Origin: an uncultured Eubacteriales bacterium
Lineage (GTDB): Bacteria; Bacillota; Clostridia; Christensenellales; Borkfalkiaceae
Direction of reading: 5' to 3'
Assembly: GCA_949288785.1 (NCBI GenBank)
Contig: CASELQ010000002.1
Span: 691 to 64,690 of the forward strand
Length of the DNA: 64,000 bases
In this document: positions 49,118 through 58,900 of the stretch, in pieces
Layout of the letters: each line of letters begins with the position of its first letter
How positions within the stretch are numbered: position 1 is the first letter of the stretch
The notes under the pieces: model-generated
The model's input: only the letters and a program-made list of their open reading frames with translations
Told to the model about the DNA's origin: nothing
The model's database searches: none
Position numbers and translations under genes: made by a program

Positions 49118-50021
49118 CGGAAAGTCCGGCACCACGGGGCTGAGGATTGCGGAGAGGCTTGCGGGGCGCAAGGACATAGAGATAATCACACTTTCGGAAG
49201 AGGAACGTAAAAACCCTGCGGCAAAAAAACGGGCGACCGAGGAGAGCGACGTAACTTTTCTCTGCCTGCCGGACGACGCCGCAAGGGAAGCCGTTTCCGC
49301 TTGCGAAAACCCGGATACCGTTATTATAGACGCATCTACCGCGCACCGAACCGAACCGGGCTGGCTTTACGGCTTTCCTGAAATTTACAAGGATTTTGAG
49401 GCGCGTGTGCGCGGCGCAAAGCGCATTGCGGTGCCCGGCTGCCATGCGTGCGGGTTCATAGCGCTGATTAAGCCGCTTGTGGATGCGGGCATAGTGGATA
49501 AAAATGCGGAACTTTGCTGCACTTCGGTTACCGGCTATTCGGGCGGCGGCAAAAAGATGATTGCCGAATACGAGGATGCCGCGCGGGACCCGCTCCTAAA
49601 TTTCCCGCGGCAGTACGGGCTTAATCAGAGCCACAAGCACTTAAAGGAGATGCGCGCGGTAACGGGGCTTAATAATGCTCCCGCCTTTTCGCCGATAGTG
49701 GCGCCCTTTTACAGCGGAATGTGCGTTACCGTGCCCCTTTTCAAAAAGGATATAACGGGCGGCGCCGCAGATATAGAAAAGGTGTATTCGGAACTTTACC
49801 GCGGCAATATAGTGCGGCTGAAAAACCTTTCGGAAAACGGGTTTATATCCGCCGGCGCGCTTGCGGGAAAGGACGGGATGCAGGTATCTGTATTCGGGTG
49901 CGAAGAGCGGATTCTGCTCGCCGCGCGGTACGATAATTTGGGAAAAGGCGCTTCGGGCGCGGCGATAGAGTGCCTTAACTACGTGCTTTCGGTAAAACCC
50001 GAAACGGGGCTTTGCCTGTAA
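49098..50021 (+). CDS. argC: N-acetyl-gamma-glutamyl-phosphate reductase, short (uncommon/type 2) form
   Basis: 307 aa with N-terminal KIFIDGKSGTTGLRI and the active-site PGCHA. It overlaps the argH 3' end by 20 nt. Confidence 0.85.
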   Translation: MKKIFIDGKSGTTGLRIAERLAGRKDIEIITLSEEERKNPAAKKRATEESDVTFLCLPDDAAREAVSACENPDTVIIDASTAHRTEPGWLYGFPEIYKDFEARVRGAKRIAVPGCHACGFIALIKPLVDAGIVDKNAELCCTSVTGYSGGGKKMIAEYEDAARDPLLNFPRQYGLNQSHKHLKEMRAVTGLNNAPAFSPIVAPFYSGMCVTVPLFKKDITGGAADIEKVYSELYRGNIVRLKNLSENGFISAGALAGKDGMQVSVFGCEERILLAARYDNLGKGASGAAIECLNYVLSVKPETGLCL

Positions 50022-50129
50022 ACGGGAAAAAGATTAATGCGGCGCAAGAGTCCGGCGGGCGCAAAGCCCGTGGAAACCGCCGCCGCGGATACAATTTGGA
50101 AATAAAACGGTATAATTTGGAGAAAGGAA

Positions 50130-51344
50130 ATGCAGATCGTAAACGGCGGGGTATGCGCCGCGCGGGGGTTCACCGCGAACGGCATACATTGCGGAATAAG
50201 GAAAAACAAGAGTAAGCGCGACATATCGCTTATATTCAGTGAAAAAGTGGCAAACGCGGCGGCGGTTTACACCACCAACCTCGTGAAAGGCGCGCCGCTT
50301 GTCGTAACGAAACGAAATTTGCAAGACGGAAAGGCGCAGGCGATAATATGCAACAGCGGCAACGCCAACACCTGCAACGCGGGCGGAGAGCAGGTTGCGG
50401 AAAAGATGTGCGAACTCACGGCGGGCGCGCTCAACATATTTGCAAGCAACGTGGTGGTGGCGTCTACCGGCGTGATAGGTCAGCCGCTCGACGTTGCGCC
50501 CATAGCGGCGGGGCTGCCCGAACTTATAGCCGGGCTGTCGGCAAAGGGTTCGGCTTTTGCCGAAGAAGGGATAATGACCACCGACACCAAGCGGAAATCT
50601 TTGGCGGTCAGTTTCAATATCGGCGGCAAAGAATGTAAACTCGGCGGGATAGCAAAGGGTTCCGGGATGATCCACCCCAATATGGCGACCATGCTGGTTT
50701 TTATCACCACGGACTGCGCAATTTCTTCCGCCATGCTCGATAAGGCGCTGTCTACCGACGTGAAAAATACCTTTAATATGATAAGTATAGACGGGGATAC
50801 CTCCACGAACGACATGGTGGTAGTTCTTGCCAACGGTATGGCGGAAAACCCCGAAATCACGGAAGAGGGCGCGGAGTTTTCGGAATTTATGCGTGCGCTC
50901 AACACCGTTACGGTGGGGCTGTGCAGAATGATCGCCGGGGACGGGGAGGGCGCCACAAAACTCCTCGAATGCAGGGTTACGGGCGCCAAGGACGAAGAGA
51001 CCGCAAAACAGGTGGCAAAGTCCGTGATATGTTCTTCCCTCACAAAAGCCGCAATGTTCGGGGCGGACGCCAACTGGGGCAGGGTGCTTTGCGCCATAGG
51101 TTACAGCGGCGCACAAGTGGACGTAAACAAAACGGACGTTGCGTTCACCTCCAAAAAGGGTACCGTTGCGGTGTGCAAAAACGGCGCGGGCGTGCCTTTT
51201 TCCGAGGAAAAAGCAAAGGAAATACTTTCGGAAAACGAAATAATAATAGCGGTGGAACTGCATAGCGGAGACGGTTGCGCCACCGCCTGGGGGTGCGACC
51301 TCACTTACGATTACGTTAAAATAAACGGAGATTACCGCACCTGA
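50130..51344 (+). CDS. argJ: bifunctional glutamate N-acetyltransferase / amino-acid acetyltransferase (ornithine acetyltransferase)
   Basis: The autoproteolytic site HPNMATMLVFITTD is present and the 404-aa length fits. Confidence 0.93.
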   Translation: MQIVNGGVCAARGFTANGIHCGIRKNKSKRDISLIFSEKVANAAAVYTTNLVKGAPLVVTKRNLQDGKAQAIICNSGNANTCNAGGEQVAEKMCELTAGALNIFASNVVVASTGVIGQPLDVAPIAAGLPELIAGLSAKGSAFAEEGIMTTDTKRKSLAVSFNIGGKECKLGGIAKGSGMIHPNMATMLVFITTDCAISSAMLDKALSTDVKNTFNMISIDGDTSTNDMVVVLANGMAENPEITEEGAEFSEFMRALNTVTVGLCRMIAGDGEGATKLLECRVTGAKDEETAKQVAKSVICSSLTKAAMFGADANWGRVLCAIGYSGAQVDVNKTDVAFTSKKGTVAVCKNGAGVPFSEEKAKEILSENEIIIAVELHSGDGCATAWGCDLTYDYVKINGDYRT

Positions 51345-51423
51345 CGTTTAAACGGACAGGCGGCAAAAGTTAAACGGAGCAGGCCGTAAACTTACGGGAA
51401 AAGCGGGCAATAAGGAGAGAAAT

Positions 51424-52278
51424 ATGGAAATAACCAATGCCGAACGGGCAAGCGTGCTGGTGCACGCGCTCCCGTATATAAAATTATACAGCGGCAAGAT
51501 AGTGGTGATAAAATACGGCGGCAGCGCCATGATAGACGAAAAACTTAAAAACCAGGTGATGAAAGACATAGTGCTTTTATCGCTCATAGGTGTAAAGGTA
51601 GTGCTGGTGCACGGCGGCGGGCCGGAGATAACGGCGCTCCTCAATAAGCTTGGTAAAGAGAGCAGGTTTGTGAACGGGCTGAGGGTAACCGATGCGGAGA
51701 CCGCGGAAGTGGTGCAGATGGTGCTTGCCGGCAAGGTAAATAAGAGTCTTGTCAATCATATCGGCGTAAAGGGCGGGTATGCGATAGGGCTTTCAGGGCT
51801 GGACGCAAAGATAATAGAGGCAGAGGTTAAGGACCCGGAGTTAGGCTACGTGGGTAGGATCACCAAAGTAAACGCCGCGCCCATACTGGATCTTTTGGAA
51901 AAGGGATATATCCCGGTAATTTCCACCGTCGCGTGCGACGAGGAGGGGCACGTTTACAACGTGAACGCGGATACGGCGGCCGCACGGATAGCGGAGGAAC
52001 TCAAAGCGGAAAGCCTTATTTCCATGACCGATACGAGCGGCATACTGCGCGATAAGAACGATACTTCTACCCTTATTCCCGTAATAAAGGCGGGGGAGGC
52101 GCAGTCGCTCATAGATTCGGGAATAATCGCCGGCGGCATGATACCCAAGACCGAGTGCTGCGTGAATGCCGTTAAGCACGGGGTGAAACGCGTGTTTATA
52201 ATAGACGGCAGGATACCCCATTCCATAATTATGGAAATGCTTACGGACGAAGGTCTGGGCACGATGTTTGAGGAATGA
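51424..52278 (+). CDS. argB: acetylglutamate kinase
   Basis: The VVIKYGGSAM and VLVHGGGP motifs are present. Confidence 0.93.
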   Translation: MEITNAERASVLVHALPYIKLYSGKIVVIKYGGSAMIDEKLKNQVMKDIVLLSLIGVKVVLVHGGGPEITALLNKLGKESRFVNGLRVTDAETAEVVQMVLAGKVNKSLVNHIGVKGGYAIGLSGLDAKIIEAEVKDPELGYVGRITKVNAAPILDLLEKGYIPVISTVACDEEGHVYNVNADTAAARIAEELKAESLISMTDTSGILRDKNDTSTLIPVIKAGEAQSLIDSGIIAGGMIPKTECCVNAVKHGVKRVFIIDGRIPHSIIMEMLTDEGLGTMFEE

Positions 52279-52279
52279 T

Positions 52280-53443
52280 ATGGACATTTTTGAAACAGAT
52301 AAAAAATACGTTGCGGGCACTTACGCCCGCTTCCCCGTGGAGATAGTAAGGGGCAAAGGTTCGCTGTGTTATGACGGCGCGGGCAAGGAATACGTTGACA
52401 TGGGCGCGGGTATAGCCGTGAATATTTTCGGCTTTTGCGACGAGGAGTGGATAGCAGCCGTCGAAAAGCAGCTGCATGCCTTTCAGCACACTTCAAACCT
52501 TTATTATCAGGCGCCGTGCGCCCGCCTTGCGGAAGAACTGTGCAAGAGAACGGGAATGAAAAAGGTATTCTTTTCCAACTCCGGGGCGGAGGCCAACGAG
52601 TGCGCCATAAAGGCGGCAAGGCTGTACGCGGCGGAAAATAAGGGAGAGGAGTATTATAACGTAATAACCCTTAAAGGCAGTTTTCACGGGAGGACTTTAA
52701 CCACCCTTGCGGCAACCGGGCAGGAAGTGTTCCATAAATACTTTCAGCCCTTAACTCCCGGGTTTTTATACGCCCAGCCGAATAACGCGGAAAGCGTGAA
52801 AAAACTCATTGACGGGCATAAGGTCGCTGCCGTTATGTTAGAGCCCGTTTTGGGCGAAGGCGGGGTAATACCGCTTGAACAAAGTTTTGTAAAAGAGGTG
52901 TTTGAATACGCCTCTGAAAACGGCGTTCTTATCATAGTGGACGAAGTGCAGACGGGTAACGGCAGAACGGGCGCGCTTTACGGATATATGAATTTCGGCG
53001 TTTTGCCGGACATAGTAACAACTGCAAAAGGGCTGGGCGGCGGGCTGCCGATAGGGGCAACCATGCTCGGAGAAAAGGTGAAAAACGTATTTTCTGCCGG
53101 CATGCACGGCTCCACTTTCGGCGGCAATCCGGTGGCGGCGGCTGGCGCGCTTTCGGTTATAAACAGGCTGAACGATAAATTTTTAAGCGAGGTAAGAGAG
53201 AAATCGGCTTACATAAAAACCCGCCTTGATAATATGAAAGGAGTGAAAGGCGTTACCGGCACGGGGCTTATTTTAGGGGTGGAAACGGATATGCCCGCAG
53301 GGGATGCGGTACTTAAATGTATAGAGGGCGGCGCGCTGTTTTTAACCGCAAAAAATAAAATAAGGCTGCTGCCGGCGCTCAATATAAGTTATGAACTTAT
53401 AGACCGCGCATTATCAGTTCTTGAAAAGGTTTTGGAGGGTTGA
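52280..53443 (+). CDS. argD: acetylornithine aminotransferase
   Basis: Class-III aminotransferase with [13 protein letters not shown] and the PLP Lys in [12 protein letters not shown]. The ATG follows GAGGAA. Confidence 0.9.
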   Translation: MDIFETDKKYVAGTYARFPVEIVRGKGSLCYDGAGKEYVDMGAGIAVNIFGFCDEEWIAAVEKQLHAFQHTSNLYYQAPCARLAEELCKRTGMKKVFFSNSGAEANECAIKAARLYAAENKGEEYYNVITLKGSFHGRTLTTLAATGQEVFHKYFQPLTPGFLYAQPNNAESVKKLIDGHKVAAVMLEPVLGEGGVIPLEQSFVKEVFEYASENGVLIIVDEVQTGNGRTGALYGYMNFGVLPDIVTTAKGLGGGLPIGATMLGEKVKNVFSAGMHGSTFGGNPVAAAGALSVINRLNDKFLSEVREKSAYIKTRLDNMKGVKGVTGTGLILGVETDMPAGDAVLKCIEGGALFLTAKNKIRLLPALNISYELIDRALSVLEKVLEG

Positions 53444-53445
53444 TT

Positions 53446-54432
53446 ATGACAGACATAAAAGGCAGGGATTTCCTTAAACTGCTTGATTTTTCCGCAAGCG
53501 AGATAGAATATTTAATAGACCTTGCCGCAGATTTTAAGGCAAAGAAAAAGGCGGGCATATCCCACCGCATGCACGAGGGGAAAAACATTGCGCTCATATT
53601 TGAAAAGACCAGCACGCGCACCCGCTGCGCCTTCGAGGTGGCTGCGCACGACCTTGGCATGAACGCAACTTATCTTGACCCTTCGGGCAGCCAGATAGGC
53701 AAGAAGGAAAGCATAGCGGATACCGCCAGGGTGCTCTCTTCCATGTATGACGGGATAGAGTACCGCGGGTTCGGACAGGAGATCGTTGAAGAGCTTGCGC
53801 ACTATTCTAAGGTGCCCGTATGGAACGGGCTTACGAACGAATTTCACCCCACCCAGATACTTGCGGACTTTCTCACCGTAAAAGAGCATTTCGGGAAACT
53901 GAAAGGAATAAAGCTCGTCTATATGGGAGACGCGCGATTCAATATGGGCGATTCTTTAATGGTGGGCTGCGCCAAGATGGGGCTTGATTTTACCGCCTGC
54001 GCGCCCCGAAATTACTTCCCCGACAGGGCGCTTATTTCGGAGTGCGAAAAGATAGCGGCAGGTTCCGGCGCAACCCTTTCTTTCGAGACGGACGTTGCTA
54101 AGGCGGTAAAGGGAGCGGACGTTATATATACCGATATATGGGTATCCATGGGAGAGCCCGAAAAGGTGTGGGAAGAGCGCATTGCGGCGCTGTCTCCCTA
54201 TCAGGTCAATTCTGAGGTGATGAGCCTTGCGGGAGACAACGCGGTGTTTATGCACTGCCTGCCTTCCTATCACGACATGAAGACGGCGATAGGTAAAGAG
54301 ATGTGCGAAAAGTTCGGGCGCACCGCCATGGAGGTTACGGACGAGGTGTTTGAAAGCCCCCGGTCATTGGTATTTAAAGAGGCGGAAAACCGCATGCACA
54401 CTATAAAGGCGGTCATGGCGGCAACGCTGTAA
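53446..54432 (+). CDS. argF: ornithine carbamoyltransferase
   Basis: Motifs [20 protein letters not shown]-like DIWVSMG and HCLP are present. Confidence 0.93.
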   Translation: MTDIKGRDFLKLLDFSASEIEYLIDLAADFKAKKKAGISHRMHEGKNIALIFEKTSTRTRCAFEVAAHDLGMNATYLDPSGSQIGKKESIADTARVLSSMYDGIEYRGFGQEIVEELAHYSKVPVWNGLTNEFHPTQILADFLTVKEHFGKLKGIKLVYMGDARFNMGDSLMVGCAKMGLDFTACAPRNYFPDRALISECEKIAAGSGATLSFETDVAKAVKGADVIYTDIWVSMGEPEKVWEERIAALSPYQVNSEVMSLAGDNAVFMHCLPSYHDMKTAIGKEMCEKFGRTAMEVTDEVFESPRSLVFKEAENRMHTIKAVMAATL

Positions 54433-54438
54433 AAACCA

Positions 54439-54467
54439 CGCCCCGCCCGCAATTTGCGGGCGGGGCG
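54439..54467 (+). terminator. GC-rich hairpin after argF
   Basis: CGCCCCGCCCGCAA-T-TTGCGGGCGGGGCG. It is near-identical in design to the hairpin at 38257. Confidence 0.55.
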
Positions 54468-54567
54468 CCGAATAATAGAAGGAAAATTAAAAAAGAAAAT
54501 TGTAAGTTATAAGAATAATAAAAAATAAACAATTTTTAAACAAATATCCATAAGTAAAAAATATACT

Positions 54568-54585
54568 TATGAATAAAAATTCGAA
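54568..54585 (+). promoter_or_regulatory. ARG box upstream of carA
   Basis: TATGAATAAAAATTCGAA matches CATGAATAAAAATKCAAK at 15 of 18 positions. It is overlapped by a perfect inverted repeat CATAAGTA-N7-TACTTATG (54548..54570). Confidence 0.6.
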
Positions 54586-54823
54586 TATTAAAACGATTGA
54601 ATAAACGACGTAAATATTATACAATAGTAAAAATACCGTAATAATTAAAGAGTAAAAGTTATCATAATAAAAGGTATTTCGCGCGGATATATTCCGCCGA
54701 TAAATGCGGCAATTCGAGAGAGCTGCAGTCTGCCCGCCGCCAATGCAGCGGCAAAAGCAGCGGCGGGGAGTTTCGGGAGAGAGGCCGGGCAAAGGCCCGA
54801 TACGTTCACAAAGGAGCGGATGT

Positions 54824-55960
54824 ATGAAAAGATATCTAATTTTGGAAAACGGCGAAGTGTTCGAGGGGGAAGCGATAGGCGCCCCGGGCGAGCAGGCGGG
54901 GGAACTTGTGTTCACCACCAATATGTGCGGATATATGGAAACGCTTACAGACCCTTCATATTTCGGGCAGATAGTAATTCAGACCTTTCCCATGATAGGC
55001 AATTACGGCAGCATCCCGCAGGACGCGGAGGGGGAGTGCGCGGTGAGCGGATACGTGGTAAAAGAACTGTGCAAAGAGCCCTCTAACTTCCGTTGCGTTT
55101 CTTCGCTTAACGACTTTTTAATTGAGTGCGGGGTGTGCGGCATAGCGGGCGTGGACACGCGCGAACTTACCAAAATTTTAAGGGAACGCGGAGTGATGAA
55201 CGCCGCAATATCGGACAAACCCTCTTATGACCTGAACGCGCTTAAAAATTTCAGCATAAAAAACGCCGTAAAGAGCGTTACTGGCAAAGATATAATAACC
55301 TATAATCCGGGCGGGCAATTTTCGGAAAAAGGAGTTATTTCGGGCGGCGATAAAGAGAGCGCCGGTAAAAAAAGCCGGGCGGGTCAGCCCGCAGGAGGGA
55401 ATGCCCCCGTAAAGATAGCGCTTATAGATTACGGAGTAAAGAGAAACATAATAAGGGAATTACTCCGCCGCGGTTGCGAGGTAACCGTTTTCCCCGCAGG
55501 CGCGACGGATAAGGAAATACTGTCTTACGAGCCGCAAGGGATAATGCTCTCGAACGGGCCGGGGGATCCTGCCGAAAACACCGAGCAGGTGGAAACACTT
55601 AAAAAACTCTTAGGCATTCGTCCGATATTCGGGATATGCTTAGGCCACCAGCTTTTGGCGCTTGCAAACGGCGGAAAGACCCGCAAATTAAAGTACGGGC
55701 ACCGCGGGGCAAACCAGCCCGCCAAGAACTTGGAAAGCGGGCGCACGTACATCACCAGCCAGAATCACGGTTACGAGGTGATTGCGGATTCGGTAAAAAA
55801 CGGTATCCTTACCTACGTAAACGCCAACGACGGGTCCTGCGAGGGTATGAGTTACCCCGGGATAAACGCCTTTTCGGTACAGTTTCATCCGGAGGCAGCC
55901 GCAGGCCCCAAGGATACGGCGTTTTTGTTCGACGAGTTTTTAAAAAGAGTGAAGGAGTGA
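54824..55960 (+). CDS. carA: carbamoyl-phosphate synthase small (glutaminase) subunit
   Basis: Catalytic GICLGHQLL and HGYE are present. The start is at the ATG after AAGGAG. A ~20-aa low-complexity insert (SGGDKESAGKKSRAGQPAGGNAP) lies between the N-domain and the GATase domain. Confidence 0.93.
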   Translation: MKRYLILENGEVFEGEAIGAPGEQAGELVFTTNMCGYMETLTDPSYFGQIVIQTFPMIGNYGSIPQDAEGECAVSGYVVKELCKEPSNFRCVSSLNDFLIECGVCGIAGVDTRELTKILRERGVMNAAISDKPSYDLNALKNFSIKNAVKSVTGKDIITYNPGGQFSEKGVISGGDKESAGKKSRAGQPAGGNAPVKIALIDYGVKRNIIRELLRRGCEVTVFPAGATDKEILSYEPQGIMLSNGPGDPAENTEQVETLKKLLGIRPIFGICLGHQLLALANGGKTRKLKYGHRGANQPAKNLESGRTYITSQNHGYEVIADSVKNGILTYVNANDGSCEGMSYPGINAFSVQFHPEAAAGPKDTAFLFDEFLKRVKE

Positions 55961-55964
55961 GATC

Positions 55965-58900
55965 ATGCCGCGCGATTACAGTATAAAAAAGGTGCTGGTC
56001 ATAGGTTCGGGGCCCATAGTCATAGGGCAGGCCGCCGAGTTCGATTACGCGGGCGCACAGGCGTGCCGGGTATTAAAGGCCGAGGGCGTGAACGTGGTGC
56101 TTGTCAATTCCAACCCCGCCACCATCATGACCGACAAGGAGATGGCGGACGAGATATATCTGGAGCCGCTTACCGAGGAGACCTTAAAGCGCATTATAGA
56201 AAAGGAAAAACCCGATTCCCTGCTTGCGGGGCTGGGCGGGCAGACGGGGCTGACCCTTGCCATGCAGCTGTCGCGCAGCGGGTTTCTGAAAAAGGCGGGC
56301 GTAAGACTCATAGGTTCCAATACAGAGGCGATAGACAAAGCCGAGGACAGGGAACTTTTCAAAAAGACCATGCAGGAGATAGGCGAGCCCGTCATCCCTT
56401 CCGACATAGCGCACACGGTGGAAGAGGCTTTATGCGCGGCGAGAAAAATCGGATATCCCGTCATCATCCGCCCCGCGTTTACGCTGGGGGGATACGGCGG
56501 CGGGGTGGCGTATTCCGAAGAGCAGTTGCGTTCCGCCGCCGCCGTGGGGCTGGAGGCATCTCCCATAACCCAGATACTGGTGGAAAAGTATATTTACGGC
56601 TGGAAGGAAATAGAGTTCGAGACCATGAGAGACGGGGCGGGCAACGTTATCGCCGTGTGTTCCATGGAGAACGTGGATCCCGTAGGCGTGCACACGGGGG
56701 ACAGCATTGTGGCGGCGCCGGCGCTCACACTCTCCGATAAAGAATATCAGATGCTGAGGAGCGCCTCGTTAAACATCATAACCGCGCTCGGCATAGTGGG
56801 CGGGTGCAACTGCCAGTTCGCGCTGGATCCCGAAAGTTTTCAGTACGCCGTTATAGAAGTAAACCCCAGGGTTTCGCGCTCCTCGGCGCTTGCTTCCAAA
56901 GCCACGGGCTATCCCATAGCCAAGACCGCCGCAAAGATTGCCTTAGGGTATAATCTGGACGAAATAAAGAACGAAGTTACGGGCAGGACGTGCGCCTGTT
57001 TCGAGCCCGCGCTCGATTACGTTGTGGTAAAGTTCCCCAAGTGGCCGTTCGATAAGTTTGCGGGCGCAAGCAGGAATCTTGGCACACAGATGAAGGCCAC
57101 CGGCGAAGTGATGGCGATAGGCGAAAACTTTGAGAGCGCGCTCATGCGTGCGGTGCGCGGCGCCGAAATCGGGATGGATACCTTAAATAAGGAGTTCGAT
57201 AAACCGATAACCGAAAAGGACCTTGAAATAACCGACGATTTGCGCCTGTTCCGCGTGTATGCGGCATTAAAGGCGGGCATAAGCGTTGAAACGATAAACA
57301 AGATCACCCGAATAGACGTATTTTTCCTGTATAAACTTAAAAACCTTGCGGACACGGAAGCGCGGCTGAAAACCGAACCGCTTACAAAAGAGCTGTATTA
57401 CGCCGCCAAAAAACAGGGCTACCCGGACGGGGCGATAGAAAAACTGAGCGGCACAAAGCCCGCATATCCCGATAAAACGGTATTCAAGATGGTGGACACC
57501 TGCGCCGCCGAGTTCGACGCGGAAACCCCGTATTTTTATCCCGTATGCGGAGATTATTGCGACGCGGCAAGGTTTGCCCGCTCGGGAAAGCCGGTTATAA
57601 TGGTAATAGGCTCGGGCCCCATAAGGATAGGCCAGGGCATAGAATTCGACTATTCTTCGGTACACTGCGTATTCACGCTTAAAAAGCTGGGGTACGACGT
57701 GGTGATCGTAAACAACAACCCGGAAACGGTATCCACCGATTACGACACGGCGGACAGGCTGTATTTTTCGCCCCTCTGCCCGGAGGACGTTATGAGCGTC
57801 ATCCGCGTGGAAAAGCCCATAGGCGTGGTGGTGGCGTTCGGCGGGCAGACGGCGATAAAACTCACCGCGTTTTTAGACCGCAAGGGCATAAAGATACTGG
57901 GGACTTCCGCCGCGGGGATAGACCTGGCGGAGGACAGGGAAAAGTTCGATGCGCTCTTAGGTTCTCACGGTTTCCGCCGCCCGCAGGGCATGAGTGTAAC
58001 CGACTTAAAACAGGCGCTTGCCGCCGCGAACAAACTGGGGTACCCCGTGCTGCTTAGGCCCTCTTACGTCATCGGCGGGCAGAACATGCAGATAGTGCAT
58101 AACGACGAAGAAGTTACCGTATACATGGAGCGCATATTAAAGGGTGGCATAGAAAACCCCGTGCTTGTAGATAAATATATGCGCGGCCCGGAACTGGAAG
58201 TGGACGTCATTTCGGACGGGCAGGACGTGCTTATCCCGGGGATAATGCAGCACATAGAGCGGGCGGGGGTGCACAGCGGGGACTCCATTGCCGTGTATCC
58301 GCCCTACTCCATAACCGACACCATGGTGGAAAAGATAGTGGAGTGCTCCACCGCCCTTGCATTGGATCTCGGGACCAAGGGGCTTGTCAATATTCAGTAC
58401 CTTATTTACGGCGGGGAACTTTACGTAATAGAAGTAAACCCGCGCGCCTCCCGCACGGTGCCCTATATCAGCAAGGTAACGGGCGTGGAGATGGTGGACA
58501 TTGCCTCCCGCGTGATGCTGGGAGAAACTTTAAAAGAGATGGGCGTAAGTACGGGGCTTTATAAAATACCGCCCTATTACGCGGTGAAGGTGCCCGTTTT
58601 CTCCTTTGAAAAGCTGGGGGACGTGAACTCTTATTTAGGGCCCGAGATGAAATCCACGGGCGAAGTTTTGGGCATAGGCAGAACGCGGGACGAAGCGCTG
58701 TATAAAGGGCTTGTAGCGTCCGGGCTGAAAGTGAGAACCACCGCGCACGGCGAACACGTGGGAGTGTATCTTTCGGTAGACAATCACGACTATCCCGAAA
58801 TGATAAGCCTTGCCGACAAACTGAACAGCCTTAACATAAAGATGTACGCCACGGAAGAGACTGCGGCGGAGATAAAGCGGCTGGGGATACGGGTGGAAAA

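Noticed and set aside
54776-54800. A PyrR-binding loop in the carA leader (GGGAGAGAGGCCGGGCAAAGGCCCG).
   Set aside because: It resembles the purine-rich PyrR loop only superficially. The conserved UCCAGAGAGGCU core is not present, and no pyrR gene is in the window.
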